Source: Chloroflexota bacterium (GTDB lineage Bacteria > Chloroflexota > Anaerolineae > J102). From it: a stretch of 55,559 bases of DNA. The notes under the pieces were generated by a model. It did no database searches, was not told the DNA's origin, and worked only from the letters and a program-made list of their open reading frames with translations. Where the stretch lies: the NCBI GenBank assembly GCA_013152585.1, contig JAADGC010000197.1:1-55559 (forward strand), read 5' to 3'. Both the position numbers and the translations under genes were made by a program. Positions 1-9,503 of this stretch are shown here, piece after piece. Each line of letters begins with the position of its first letter. Within the stretch, counting starts at the first letter, position 1.

Positions 1-201
1 CATGGTATTGGCCTTGGTGAGGAGAAAGGGAGGGGTGCCTGTATGGTACTCGATGGCAGGGTGGGTGTCAATGGGGTGTGTGCGAATATGTCAGGGCAGA
101 GCAGTCGCGTTCATGCTCCATAAGGCGGACAGGTGAAGCCGTGGCTTGCCGATGGTGCCCTCGTCGGCGTCGGCAGATTCCGGAATGAACGCTTTTCAGG
201 C

Positions 202-207
202 TATAAT
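202..207 (+). promoter_or_regulatory. -10 box (TATAAT) of a probable leaderless transcript
   Basis: TATAAT at 202-207, 6 nt before ATG 214, with no Shine-Dalgarno sequence in between. Confidence 0.6.
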
Positions 208-213
208 GCAGCT

Positions 214-828
214 ATGAGTGAACAATACAAAGATAATTTCTGGCAAACGCTGTTGACACGGCGTTCGATCCGGCGCTATGAGCAGCGAGCCATACCGGAT
301 ACTGTGATCGAAAAGCTGCTGACCGCGGCGATATGGGCGCCCAGCGCCCATAACCGGCAGCCGTGGCGCTTTGCCGTGGTGCGGGATAATCAGCACAAGC
401 AGGTACTGGCGCAGCGCATGGCCCGGCGATGGCAGCACGATCTGGAAGCGGATGGCGTGGCCGCGGAACAGGCGGCACGACAGGCGCAGCGTTCGGCCCA
501 CCGCATTACGAACGCCGCCGCCCTGGTGATAGGCTGTTTGACCATGCAGGAAATGGATGTGCCTACTGATGCCCATCGCCAGAGGCTGGAATGGCACATG
601 GCGGTGCAGAGTACGGCCCTGGCGCTGGGGCAGTTGTTGCTGGCCGCCCATCATGAAGGACTGGGCGCATGTTGGATGTGTACGCCGCTGTTTGTGCCCG
701 AACTGGTGCGCACCACGCTGGCCCTGCCCGATGATTGGGAACCGCAAGCGTTGATCACCCTTGGCTATGCGGCAGAAAGCCGTGTATCCGAGCGTAAATT
801 GCTATCGGAGGTGGTGCTGTGGCGTTGA
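214..828 (+). CDS. Nitroreductase-family protein, probable stand-alone FbiB C-terminal (dehydro-F420-0 reductase-like) domain
   Basis: RRSIRRY and WAPSAHNRQPWRF motifs, GLGACW; overlaps the start of cofD; start moved to ATG 214. Confidence 0.8.
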   Translation: MSEQYKDNFWQTLLTRRSIRRYEQRAIPDTVIEKLLTAAIWAPSAHNRQPWRFAVVRDNQHKQVLAQRMARRWQHDLEADGVAAEQAARQAQRSAHRITNAAALVIGCLTMQEMDVPTDAHRQRLEWHMAVQSTALALGQLLLAAHHEGLGACWMCTPLFVPELVRTTLALPDDWEPQALITLGYAAESRVSERKLLSEVVLWR

Positions 829-1757
829 ACAAGGTTGTGGCGCTGGCCGGCGGCGTGGGCGGCGCCAAGCTGGCGCATGGTCTGGCCCAGGTGCTGGACC
901 CCGAACAATTGACGGTTGTGGTCAATACGGGCGATGATTTCGAGCATCTGGGCTTGCTGATCTGCCCGGATGTGGATACGGTGCTGTACAATCTGGCCGA
1001 GGTGCAACACCTGCAGCAGGGGTGGGGGCGAGCAGACGAGCATTTTTGCGTGCTGGAGGAAGTGCAACGCCTGGGCGGGCCGAGTTGGTTTCGGCTGGGC
1101 GACCGCGATATTGCCCTGCATCTTTTGCGACGGTCGCTGATCGACCAAGGCCTGTCGCTGACGGAGGTGATCAGCTCGCTGGCGCAGCGCCTTGGCGTGC
1201 ACCATGCCGTGCTGCCCATGTCAGATGCGCCGGTGCGCACGATGATTCAGACCCCGGACGATGAGCTGTCGTTCCAGGAGTATTTTGTGCATCAGCGCTG
1301 CCAGCCGGTGATGCGAGGCATGCGGCTGGCCGGATTGGAGCAGGCACAAGTGTCTGTGGCCGTGGCGCAGGCCATGACCGCGGCAGAGCTGGTGGTCTTT
1401 TGTCCCTCCAATCCCTTTGTCTCGATTGATCCGATTCTGGCGCTGCCGGGGATGCGAAGCTGGGTGGGAGAACGAAAGGCGGTGGCGGTGAGTCCGATTG
1501 TGGGCGGCAAGGCGCTGAAAGGCCCGGCCGCCAAAATGATGCAGGAGTTGGGTATGGAAGTACAGGCGCTGGCTGTGGCGCAGCATTATGCCGGCCTGCT
1601 GGATGGTTTTGTGCTGGACGCGGCAGACGCCCCCCTGGCGGTGGCGGTGCAGGCGTTGGGCATGCGTGTGCTGGTGACGGATACTGTGATGCATGATAAG
1701 GCTGGCCGTCGACGGCTGGCAGCGGAGATCCTGGCCTGGGGGGAGCGCTGGGGATGA
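819..1757 (+). CDS. cofD: 2-phospho-L-lactate/phosphoenolpyruvate transferase (F420 biosynthesis, CofD/FbiA)
   Basis: LAGGVGGAKL, NTGDD, ICPDVDTVLY, WFRLGDRD, PSNPFVSIDPI and KGPAAKMM motifs. Confidence 0.95.
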   Translation: MALNKVVALAGGVGGAKLAHGLAQVLDPEQLTVVVNTGDDFEHLGLLICPDVDTVLYNLAEVQHLQQGWGRADEHFCVLEEVQRLGGPSWFRLGDRDIALHLLRRSLIDQGLSLTEVISSLAQRLGVHHAVLPMSDAPVRTMIQTPDDELSFQEYFVHQRCQPVMRGMRLAGLEQAQVSVAVAQAMTAAELVVFCPSNPFVSIDPILALPGMRSWVGERKAVAVSPIVGGKALKGPAAKMMQELGMEVQALAVAQHYAGLLDGFVLDAADAPLAVAVQALGMRVLVTDTVMHDKAGRRRLAAEILAWGERWG

Positions 1758-2731
1758 GCGGGGCCGACTGGCGGAAGCCAGCGCGTCGGGCGGTGGCGAC
1801 CGCATGGCGCAGCGGAGAGCTGTTGCGCTTTGCCGTGAGCGGGCGGCCGGCGGCCTCCGCAGCGATTGTGGTGGCCGGGGTAGGGCGCAGTGGCTCGACC
1901 TGGCTGGCTGATCTGCTGGCCGCGGCGCCGGGTCTGCAGGAGATTTTTGAGCCGCTGCATCCCGAGCATAACGCCGAATATCGTCGCCTGTTGCGACTGC
2001 GTTCCGGGGATGCCCAGCAATACAAACGCGCATATCTACGAGCGGACGGACGTTGGCCGCAGTGGGATACTCTACTGGAGAAAACACTCAGCGGCCGCAT
2101 CCGCAGTTATCGCACCGATTATCACCGCTCACGTTTTTGGCCGCGGCGTTTTGTGGTGAAGTTGATTCGGGCGAATATGATGCTGGGCTATTTGTATGAG
2201 CGGTTTCGACCGCGTATTGTGTTTCTGACCCGGCATCCGTGTGCAGTGGTGATGTCGCGGTTGCAGCGCGTGCGCTCGCCGTGGTATGCCGATACGGCCA
2301 GTTTGCTGGCCGACGAGGCGCTGGTGGCCGATTTTTTGCAGCCGTGGGTGCATTTGGTGGAGCAGGAGCGGGATCTGCTGGGAGCACATGCGGTATGGTG
2401 GGCGGTGGAGAATGCGGTGGCGCGGCGCGATTTGCAGCAGAGATCGCATCATTTTGTATTTTACGAGGCCCTTTGTTTGCGTCCTTTTGAGATTTTGGGG
2501 ACTTTGTATCGGGATCTTGGCTTTGCAAATTTTATGGTTTCGCAGGCATTTGTGCGGCATCCCAGCCGGGTGACGGCAGCGACGGCTTATGAGGATATGC
2601 TGGCGTGGCTGGGACTGTGGCAACAAAAGCTGAGTGCGGAGGAACAGCGGCGGATTTTGCAATGGGCGGAGCGGCTGGAGATCCCCTGGTATAGCATGGA
2701 TCGCTTGCCGGTGGGGTGGCAAGATGCGTGA
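1754..2731 (+). CDS. PAPS-dependent sulfotransferase family protein
   Basis: 5'-PSB loop GVGRSGSTWL, FEP, 3'-PB motif TRHPCAVVMS, later YEAL; ATGA overlap with cofD. Confidence 0.85.
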   Translation: MSGADWRKPARRAVATAWRSGELLRFAVSGRPAASAAIVVAGVGRSGSTWLADLLAAAPGLQEIFEPLHPEHNAEYRRLLRLRSGDAQQYKRAYLRADGRWPQWDTLLEKTLSGRIRSYRTDYHRSRFWPRRFVVKLIRANMMLGYLYERFRPRIVFLTRHPCAVVMSRLQRVRSPWYADTASLLADEALVADFLQPWVHLVEQERDLLGAHAVWWAVENAVARRDLQQRSHHFVFYEALCLRPFEILGTLYRDLGFANFMVSQAFVRHPSRVTAATAYEDMLAWLGLWQQKLSAEEQRRILQWAERLEIPWYSMDRLPVGWQDA

Positions 2732-3338
2732 TCGTCTGGCGGTTGTTGTGCCGATGAAGCCTCTGGCGATGGCGAAGCAGCGCCTGCGCCCAGCCGTCGG
2801 CGACGCCGCCCGCCAGCGTTTGGCGGGCGCCATGCTGGCGCATGTCCTGCACATCGTACAGGATAGCGGCGTCGCCGACGTGGCCGGGATCGTCTCGGAC
2901 GACCCCGGTGTGCTGGCCCTCGCGGCTCAATACGGCTTCGCTGCCATCGCCGACAACCCCATTGCCGGCTACAACGCTGCTGTACAGCGGGCCAGCACCT
3001 GGGCGCAGAGGCGCGGCGCACATGAGCTGCTCATCCTCCCGTCCGATCTCCCCCTGCTCACCACCGCCGACATCCAAACCATCGTCGGCCTGATCAACAC
3101 CCCAAAGGGCCTCGTCATCGCCCCAGACGCCACCGAAACCGGTACCAACGCCCTTCTTCTGCGTCCGCCCCATCTCATCAAACCCCAATTCGGCCCCCAC
3201 AGCTTCCAGCGCCACTGCCAGCAGGCTGCCCGGCTCGGCTTCCTCCCCATCATTTACCACAGCCCCACCCTCGCCCACGATATCGATTCTCCTTCTGATC
3301 TCGCCTTTCTCAGATCTCGAAATCCTTCTCATGCCTGA
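2724..3338 (+). CDS. cofC: 2-phospho-L-lactate/PEP guanylyltransferase (CofC/FbiD)
   Basis: VVPMKPLAMAKQRL, PSDLPLL, APD..GTNAL, FGPHSF..H, DIDSPSDL; start at ATG 2724. Confidence 0.93.
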   Translation: MRDRLAVVVPMKPLAMAKQRLRPAVGDAARQRLAGAMLAHVLHIVQDSGVADVAGIVSDDPGVLALAAQYGFAAIADNPIAGYNAAVQRASTWAQRRGAHELLILPSDLPLLTTADIQTIVGLINTPKGLVIAPDATETGTNALLLRPPHLIKPQFGPHSFQRHCQQAARLGFLPIIYHSPTLAHDIDSPSDLAFLRSRNPSHA

Positions 3339-4944
3339 AATCATCCTGCACAACGCCCGCATCACCACTCAGAACCCGGCCCAACCCTGGGCCCAGGCCC
3401 TGGCCATCAAACACGGTCGCATCATCGACCTCGGGGCCGACGCCGACATCCTGCCCCTTACCCGCGGCCATACCCAAACCATCGATCTCCAAGACCGCCT
3501 CGTCCTCCCCGGCTTCACCGACAGCCACATCCACTTTCATGACATGGCCCAGCGTCGCGGCCAGCTCGAACTCTACCAGGCAACCAGCCTCAACGAGCTG
3601 CAACAGCAACTCGCCGCTTACGTCCGCCCCCTTGCCCCAGGCGCCTGGTGTATCGGCTACGGCTGGAACGAAAGCCGCTGGCCGCAGCCCATCTTCCCCA
3701 CCCGCCACGATCTCGATCCCCTCACCGGTGATCGTCCCGCCATTCTCTGGCGCACTGATCTGCACGCCGCCGTCGCCAACAGCGTCGCCCTACGCGCCGC
3801 CGGTATCGACGCCGCCACCCCCGATCCTCCTTCAGGCGTCATTGACCGCCACCGGGATGGCCGGCCCACCGGCGTCCTGCGCGAACTGGCCATCAACCTT
3901 GTGCGGCAGGTCATCCCCCCCCTTGATGAAGCCACCGCCACTGCAAATCTCCTCGCCGTCGCCGCCGATCTGCAGCGCTGGGGCATCGTCGCCGTCCACG
4001 ATCAGCGCATGAAAGACCACTCCCACGAGGGCCCGCAGGCCTTGCGGCTCTACACGCGGCTGCGCCAGCAAAACCGCCTGCCGCTGCGCATCAGTTGCAA
4101 CATCGAGGCAGCCCACATGGACCACCTCATCGCCCTCGGCCTGCAAAGCGGCTTTGGTGATGAATGGCTACGCATTGGACACATCAAACTCTTTGCCGAC
4201 GGCTCCCTCGGCGCCCAAACCGCCTGGATGCTGGCCCCCTACGCCAACGACCCCGCTAACCGCGGCATGTTTCTCACCGATCCTGCTCACATGGCCGCCG
4301 TCATCCGCCGCGCCCATCGCCACGGCCTTGCCGTCTCTGTACATGCCATTGGTGATGGCGCCAACCGCGAAGTACTCGACATCTTTACCGAAGTTCAGAC
4401 CGCCGGCAGCCACTATCCCCCTCTTATTCCCCACCGCATCGAACACGTCCAGGCCCTGCATCCTCACGACCAGCCCCGTCTGGGCGCCTTGCACATCACA
4501 GCCTCCATGCAGCCCATACACTGTCCCGACGACATCACCAATGCCGATCGCCTGTGGGGCCAACGCTCACAAAACGCCTTCGTCTTCCGCACCCTACTCG
4601 ATAGTGGCGCCACCCTCGCCTTCGGCTCCGACGCCCCCGTGGCCAGCGCCAACCCCTGGTGGGGCATTCATGCCGCCGTCACTCGCCAGCGCCTCGACGG
4701 CAGCCCCATCGGCGGCTGGCATCCCCAACAACGTCTCACCGTGGCCGAAGCCATCGCTGCCTACACCCTGGGCGCTGCCACTGCCATCGGCCGGCAACAG
4801 CAGCAAGGTCGGCTCGCCCCCGGCTATCTCGCCGATCTCATCGTCCTCGACACCGACCTCTTCCGCTGCGACCCCGCCCAAATCCCGCACACCAACGTCC
4901 TGCTCACCATGATCAACGGTCGTATCGTCTATCGGGCCGTATAG
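3331..4944 (+). CDS. Amidohydrolase, YtcJ-like (Amidohydro_3)
   Basis: PGFTDSHIH, KLFADGSLG, VHAIGD, HRIEH, FGSDAPV and GYLADL motifs. Confidence 0.9.
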   Translation: MPEIILHNARITTQNPAQPWAQALAIKHGRIIDLGADADILPLTRGHTQTIDLQDRLVLPGFTDSHIHFHDMAQRRGQLELYQATSLNELQQQLAAYVRPLAPGAWCIGYGWNESRWPQPIFPTRHDLDPLTGDRPAILWRTDLHAAVANSVALRAAGIDAATPDPPSGVIDRHRDGRPTGVLRELAINLVRQVIPPLDEATATANLLAVAADLQRWGIVAVHDQRMKDHSHEGPQALRLYTRLRQQNRLPLRISCNIEAAHMDHLIALGLQSGFGDEWLRIGHIKLFADGSLGAQTAWMLAPYANDPANRGMFLTDPAHMAAVIRRAHRHGLAVSVHAIGDGANREVLDIFTEVQTAGSHYPPLIPHRIEHVQALHPHDQPRLGALHITASMQPIHCPDDITNADRLWGQRSQNAFVFRTLLDSGATLAFGSDAPVASANPWWGIHAAVTRQRLDGSPIGGWHPQQRLTVAEAIAAYTLGAATAIGRQQQQGRLAPGYLADLIVLDTDLFRCDPAQIPHTNVLLTMINGRIVYRAV

Positions 4945-4946
4945 TT

Positions 4947-6818
4947 TCATACCTGGGCCTGCAACAAGCGCAACAGGGTTTTGTGGGCCAGCATGGCGCT
5001 GCTGATCAGCCCCACCACCGCCCCTGTGTCCACCACCGGCATGGCCGAGATCTCGTACGTCTCCAGACGCCGCAGCACATCCAGAATATTGTCGTCCGGC
5101 CGGGCGGTGAACACCTTTTTCGTCATGATTTCCGCCACCGTCTCCTGTCCCGTATAGCCTTGGGCAGCAGCAGAAGCAATATCCCAGTCGGTCACAATGC
5201 CCACCAGCTCGCCCGCCTTGTTCTCCACACCCAACACTTCGTTGGCATCCTTGATCAGCAATTGCGCTGCGGTGCGCATAGAAGTATCGGACGCGATCAC
5301 CTGCAACGGCTCCATCACTTCGTCCACCTGTCGATATCGCTCACTGGTGGCAATACGATTGATGCTGATCTGCTCGGCCGCTTCCAGGGGCAGCATATCG
5401 GAATCGGCAATCAGCAGATCCACCAGCTCGGCCATATTGCGCCGGATTACCTCTTGCCGCTGCTTGCGTCCCGCCTGCAGGCGGACTTGTGCCAGCTCGG
5501 CCAGCTCGGCCTCATGATCGTCCAACCAACCCTGCACCGCCCCGGCATCGCCCAGAAAATCGTCCGGGAGACGTAAATGGGGCGGGGTTTCGATCAAATG
5601 CTCTTGCGCCGCAAAAATCACGCCCCCCGAATTCACCAAGAAGTCAGAGGCAATCAGGGTGCCTTGCTGCCAGTACACCGTGCGTTCCATGCGCAGGCGG
5701 GCCGCTCGGCGGGACGGATCCGGCGAATAGGTATTGGCGCCCTCCACGATCATCGCCCAACGGCCCCGTTTGTCCACGGTCATGGCGGGACGGCTCTCTG
5801 CCGACACATCCAGATAATTGGCAATTGGCGCTGCCGGCACCAGACAAAAGGCATCTTCCCGTAACAAAGCATTGGGCGCATTGGCAAATTTGGTGTCAGG
5901 GAAAGGACCGCGCTCCTCTTGCAGATATTTCATAAAATAAGCAAAACTCACCAGCCCATGGGCATCGCGTTCTGCCAGGACCTTCTGCATGGGCAGGCCT
6001 TGCTGGCGATAAAGATAGCCCTGCGCGTCGCTCAGGCCCACAATGCGCGGGGCCGGGTCTTGTTCCGCCAGGATGCGCGCCACATGCGAACCCACCGCAC
6101 CGAATCCTTGTATCAGCACAGTCAACTCCGAGCGGCTGGGCGCCCGTAAATCGACGAACTGCGGCAGCACGCGCAGACGCTCCACTTCGCCCAAAAGCGC
6201 ATTGATGGCAATCACCACGCCGCCAGCCGCGGCGCCAAGCTGATCGATACGGTTGCCACCCATATCCACCGGCTTCGATAAGGCGCTGTCCAGCCCGTTC
6301 TCGATGGCGATAGTTTTCATGTCGGCATCATTCGTGCCCACATCAGGGCCGGGCAAATACACGCTGCGATAGCGCCCGATCAGATGCGCAAAACGCCGCA
6401 CGATCTCACTGTGTTCGGCCGCGTTCAGGCGGCGCTGCGGCGCCACGATGCCCGCCTTGCCGCCCCCGTAAGGCAAATCGGCGGCGGCGTTTTTCAGGGT
6501 CATGCCCCGCGCCAGATTATGAACGACAGCCGGTGTAATCGAGGGCAACATGCGGATGCCGCCCATCGAGGGCCGCCCCATGGCCAGGTTATCCACCACC
6601 AGATAGCCTCCCACTTCCAGGTCATCCCTTTCATCCCACATGCACACCACCAGTCGCGGGCCCAGGCGATCTACCTCGATGCCCAGGCGGTGCAAGCGCT
6701 CCACATCACTGGCATGGAACTCCATAAACGCCAGGTCGTCATGACGTTGTAAACGATTGCGCCAGGTGTGCTCGGGCAATGCTGCGCGCAAAAAATCATC
6801 CATTTGTTTGGGGATCAT
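4947..6818 (-). CDS. Glu/Leu/Phe/Val dehydrogenase family protein with C-terminal CBS domain pair
   Basis: GGIRM, MTLKNA, GGGKAG, GPDVGT, QGFGAVG, EGAN, NSGGV; C-terminal VGIVTDWD...IMT...MPVVD..VVGLIS CBS pattern. Confidence 0.88.
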   Translation of the reverse strand: MIPKQMDDFLRAALPEHTWRNRLQRHDDLAFMEFHASDVERLHRLGIEVDRLGPRLVVCMWDERDDLEVGGYLVVDNLAMGRPSMGGIRMLPSITPAVVHNLARGMTLKNAAADLPYGGGKAGIVAPQRRLNAAEHSEIVRRFAHLIGRYRSVYLPGPDVGTNDADMKTIAIENGLDSALSKPVDMGGNRIDQLGAAAGGVVIAINALLGEVERLRVLPQFVDLRAPSRSELTVLIQGFGAVGSHVARILAEQDPAPRIVGLSDAQGYLYRQQGLPMQKVLAERDAHGLVSFAYFMKYLQEERGPFPDTKFANAPNALLREDAFCLVPAAPIANYLDVSAESRPAMTVDKRGRWAMIVEGANTYSPDPSRRAARLRMERTVYWQQGTLIASDFLVNSGGVIFAAQEHLIETPPHLRLPDDFLGDAGAVQGWLDDHEAELAELAQVRLQAGRKQRQEVIRRNMAELVDLLIADSDMLPLEAAEQISINRIATSERYRQVDEVMEPLQVIASDTSMRTAAQLLIKDANEVLGVENKAGELVGIVTDWDIASAAAQGYTGQETVAEIMTKKVFTARPDDNILDVLRRLETYEISAMPVVDTGAVVGLISSAMLAHKTLLRLLQAQV

Positions 6819-6844
6819 CGTTGATCACTCCTTTGGGATATGAA

Positions 6845-6980
6845 CTGGCGTCTGGCGAAAATGACACATGTCGCTTAGCAAAGCATTATCAGCCACAGGT
6901 TTCACGGATTTTGAAGACGTTTTCTTTTCCGTGAAAATCTGTGTGAATCCGTGGCAAAAACGAAAAACGCCGGTGTTCAG
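6845..6980 (+). mobile_element. MITE-like element, family A, copy 1
   Basis: Ends CTGGCGTCTGGCGAAAA...AAAACGCCGGTGTTCAG (imperfect TIR); flanked by TATGAA direct repeats (6839-6844, 6981-6986); internal GCCAC..CACGGA..TCCGTG..GTGGC palindrome. Confidence 0.7.
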
Positions 6981-6987
6981 TATGAAT

Positions 6988-7650
6988 TCAGGCAGGGTTT
7001 AGTTCAGAGGATGGGCACAGGTCATTCAGGGTGCAGGCGGCGCAGTCGGGCTTACGCGCTTTACACACCCTGCGTCCATGAAAGATCAACAGATGCGACA
7101 GATCGATCCAGTCTTCGCGGGGCGTGATGGCCATCAGATCTCGCTCTATCTTCTTGGGGTCTTTGGCCGTGCTCAATCCCAAACGCGCCGACAGGCGTTT
7201 GACATGCGTATCCACCGCAATGCCCTCCGCAATCTTAAAAGCCACGCCCAATACCACATTCGCGGTTTTGCGGGCCACACCGGGCAATTGCAGCAACGAT
7301 GCCATATCGGCTGGCACCTGACCCCCATATTCATAGGCGATCAATTGCGCTGTTTCCTGAATGTGCCGGGCTTTGTTACGATAAAATCCGGTAGAGCGGA
7401 TGGCTTCTTCGATCTCGCTGCGCTCGGCGTCGGCGAAAGCGCGCGGGGTGGGAAATTTGGCAAACAGCTCGGGGGTGACTTTGTTGACGCGTTCGTCCGT
7501 GCACTGGGCCGAAAGTACGGTGGCAACCAGCAATTCCCACGGCGTGCGATGATCCAGGGCGCAGCAGGCGTCGGGATGCGCCAGTCTCAGACGATGGATG
7601 ATCTCAGGCAGACGCGCGGAAAGGGGGGACTGCGGAGAGAGCTTGTTCAT
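6988..7650 (-). CDS. nth: Endonuclease III
   Basis: LSAQCTD, HhH motif LPGVARKTA, VDTHV, C-terminal 4Fe-4S motif CKARKPDCAACTLNDLC; TGGTACAAT -10 box 6 nt upstream of the ATG. Confidence 0.96.
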   Translation of the reverse strand: MNKLSPQSPLSARLPEIIHRLRLAHPDACCALDHRTPWELLVATVLSAQCTDERVNKVTPELFAKFPTPRAFADAERSEIEEAIRSTGFYRNKARHIQETAQLIAYEYGGQVPADMASLLQLPGVARKTANVVLGVAFKIAEGIAVDTHVKRLSARLGLSTAKDPKKIERDLMAITPREDWIDLSHLLIFHGRRVCKARKPDCAACTLNDLCPSSELNPA

Positions 7651-7673
7651 GACATTATTGTACCATTCCCGGC

Positions 7674-9503
7674 TTACTTTCGCTTCATTGTCACATCGAT
7701 GCGCCAGGGACTGGAAGCCTGAGCATCGATGGCAAAAGCGTCGGCAGTGACCATCTGATATTCTTTATGATAAACCACAATGCCATAGGCCTGGCCTGGC
7801 GTCAAGCGCTGGTTAAGCTGATAATCACCTTTTTGATTGCTGACGCCGTAGGCAACAACCATACTTTGATCGGGCTGTGCCAGGAAATCATCCACAGAAA
7901 CGCCCGGATTAAGCACAAAAACCGTGGCGTTTGCGAGCTTGCGGCTTTTACGACTCGCATCTGATATCGTGCCGATAATCTGCACCGGTTCCACGCCCTT
8001 GCGCCATGTAGGTTCGGGGATAGTGAACTCTGCCTGCTGGTCGAGCCGACCTTCGATCAGCAACTCCAGCCGGTACCGCCCCGGCGTCAACCCGCCCCGC
8101 GCCTGGATACTAACCCACCAATTCTGGGCGGAAGCATCCTTCCATATGCCTTCGGTCTCCAGGGCCAGTTCATCATCGATATACCACCGGCGTTGCCAGC
8201 GGATGCCTGGGGACATGTCATAGACATCAAAGAAGGCGTAGACGACATCCACATCACTGAACACCACGTCGGGGTTCAGGGGTTGCTGGCTGTCATCCAT
8301 TGCCGTCGCAAACACAATGGCACCAAAGCGCCCGCCGGTCGGGGACGGCACATCCCCAATCCAAAAACCACCCGTATAAATCACGGTGTCGTTCCATTTG
8401 AGTTCCAGCTCATATTGCCCCGGAGCCAACGCATCCCGGGCATAGACATTCACCCAATCTGTGCCACTGGCTCCCCCCTGCCAGCGAAAATGAGTGCGGG
8501 CCACTTCCCGACCCTCGTGCCGCCATGTAAACGTTATATCTTCTCCGTTAACGAGATTCGCATACTCGAAAACAGCGTAAACAGCCTTGATGCCCGGATT
8601 AAAGCGGCTGTCGGTGTCGATGGCATCCCCATTATGATCAATCGCCGCGGCGAATTGCAGCGACACAATGTCGGGGCCGGAAGATGCAGACTGGCGATTT
8701 GGGGAGTCTCGATCTACATCGGTGGCGTTCACCTGGCCCTGGGCCGCCCGGATCAGCGGCAGCGCCAGATCGATAGGTCGGATCAAACTGATGCTGCTGG
8801 CGGTTTCCACATCGGCAATGTCCGCGCTGGGAATACCGATCATGCGACCGCGGGCATCGGTGGCCAGCCCCCCCGAATTGCCCCGTGCGACATCGGCATC
8901 CGTTTTGATCCAGTCCAGAACACCATCTCCGTCCTCATCCATAAATCCAGCCACAATGCCCCGCGTAAAGGTCACCGAGCCCCGACCAATGCTGGGGAAA
9001 CCAAAAAGATTGATCTCATCTCCGATCAACAGGTCATTGCTTGAGCCCAAGGGGGCCGCCGTCATGTCCAGATGCTCCGGCAACGGCGCATCACCTTGTT
9101 CCATCAAACCTGTCACCTGCAGGATGGCCAGGTCCAATTCCCGGCTGCTCTTCACCACCGTGGCCCGATATTTCCATACGGCCTCGCTGCGCAGATCCGG
9201 AGGGTTGACCGCCACAAAGGCCATGCCATCCCGATTATACAAACGGCCGCTTTCGGTGTCGGCCATGACATGATAATTGGTGAGAATGAGACCGTCGCTG
9301 GTCAACACCGTCCCGCTGCCGGTGCTATACTGATCGATAGCATTATCAACGGGGACAGCCAGGCGCACGGTGGCCAGCAAGGCTGCGTTCAGTGCCGGAC
9401 GCTCAATCGCCTCGGCTTGCCGCCCTGTCAGCATCCATCCCCCCAGCAAACCCAGCAGCACCAGGCCAAGAATGAGCGTGTGCTTGCTAAAGATGTGCTT
9501 CAT
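7674..9503 (-). CDS. Secreted/membrane-anchored trypsin-like serine protease with two repeated beta-rich domains and a C-terminal beta-sandwich
   Basis: N-terminal hydrophobic segment; triad motifs LTNYHV, DLAIL, GNSGG; repeated VYAxF...W...L.PG.Y.LEL modules; start at ATG 9503 with GGAGG RBS. Confidence 0.85.
   Translation of the reverse strand: MKHIFSKHTLILGLVLLGLLGGWMLTGRQAEAIERPALNAALLATVRLAVPVDNAIDQYSTGSGTVLTSDGLILTNYHVMADTESGRLYNRDGMAFVAVNPPDLRSEAVWKYRATVVKSSRELDLAILQVTGLMEQGDAPLPEHLDMTAAPLGSSNDLLIGDEINLFGFPSIGRGSVTFTRGIVAGFMDEDGDGVLDWIKTDADVARGNSGGLATDARGRMIGIPSADIADVETASSISLIRPIDLALPLIRAAQGQVNATDVDRDSPNRQSASSGPDIVSLQFAAAIDHNGDAIDTDSRFNPGIKAVYAVFEYANLVNGEDITFTWRHEGREVARTHFRWQGGASGTDWVNVYARDALAPGQYELELKWNDTVIYTGGFWIGDVPSPTGGRFGAIVFATAMDDSQQPLNPDVVFSDVDVVYAFFDVYDMSPGIRWQRRWYIDDELALETEGIWKDASAQNWWVSIQARGGLTPGRYRLELLIEGRLDQQAEFTIPEPTWRKGVEPVQIIGTISDASRKSRKLANATVFVLNPGVSVDDFLAQPDQSMVVAYGVSNQKGDYQLNQRLTPGQAYGIVVYHKEYQMVTADAFAIDAQASSPWRIDVTMKRK

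Noticed and set aside
1-3. CAT at the window edge as the start of a divergent minus-strand gene
   Set aside because: Possible, but no coding sequence is visible in the window to support it.
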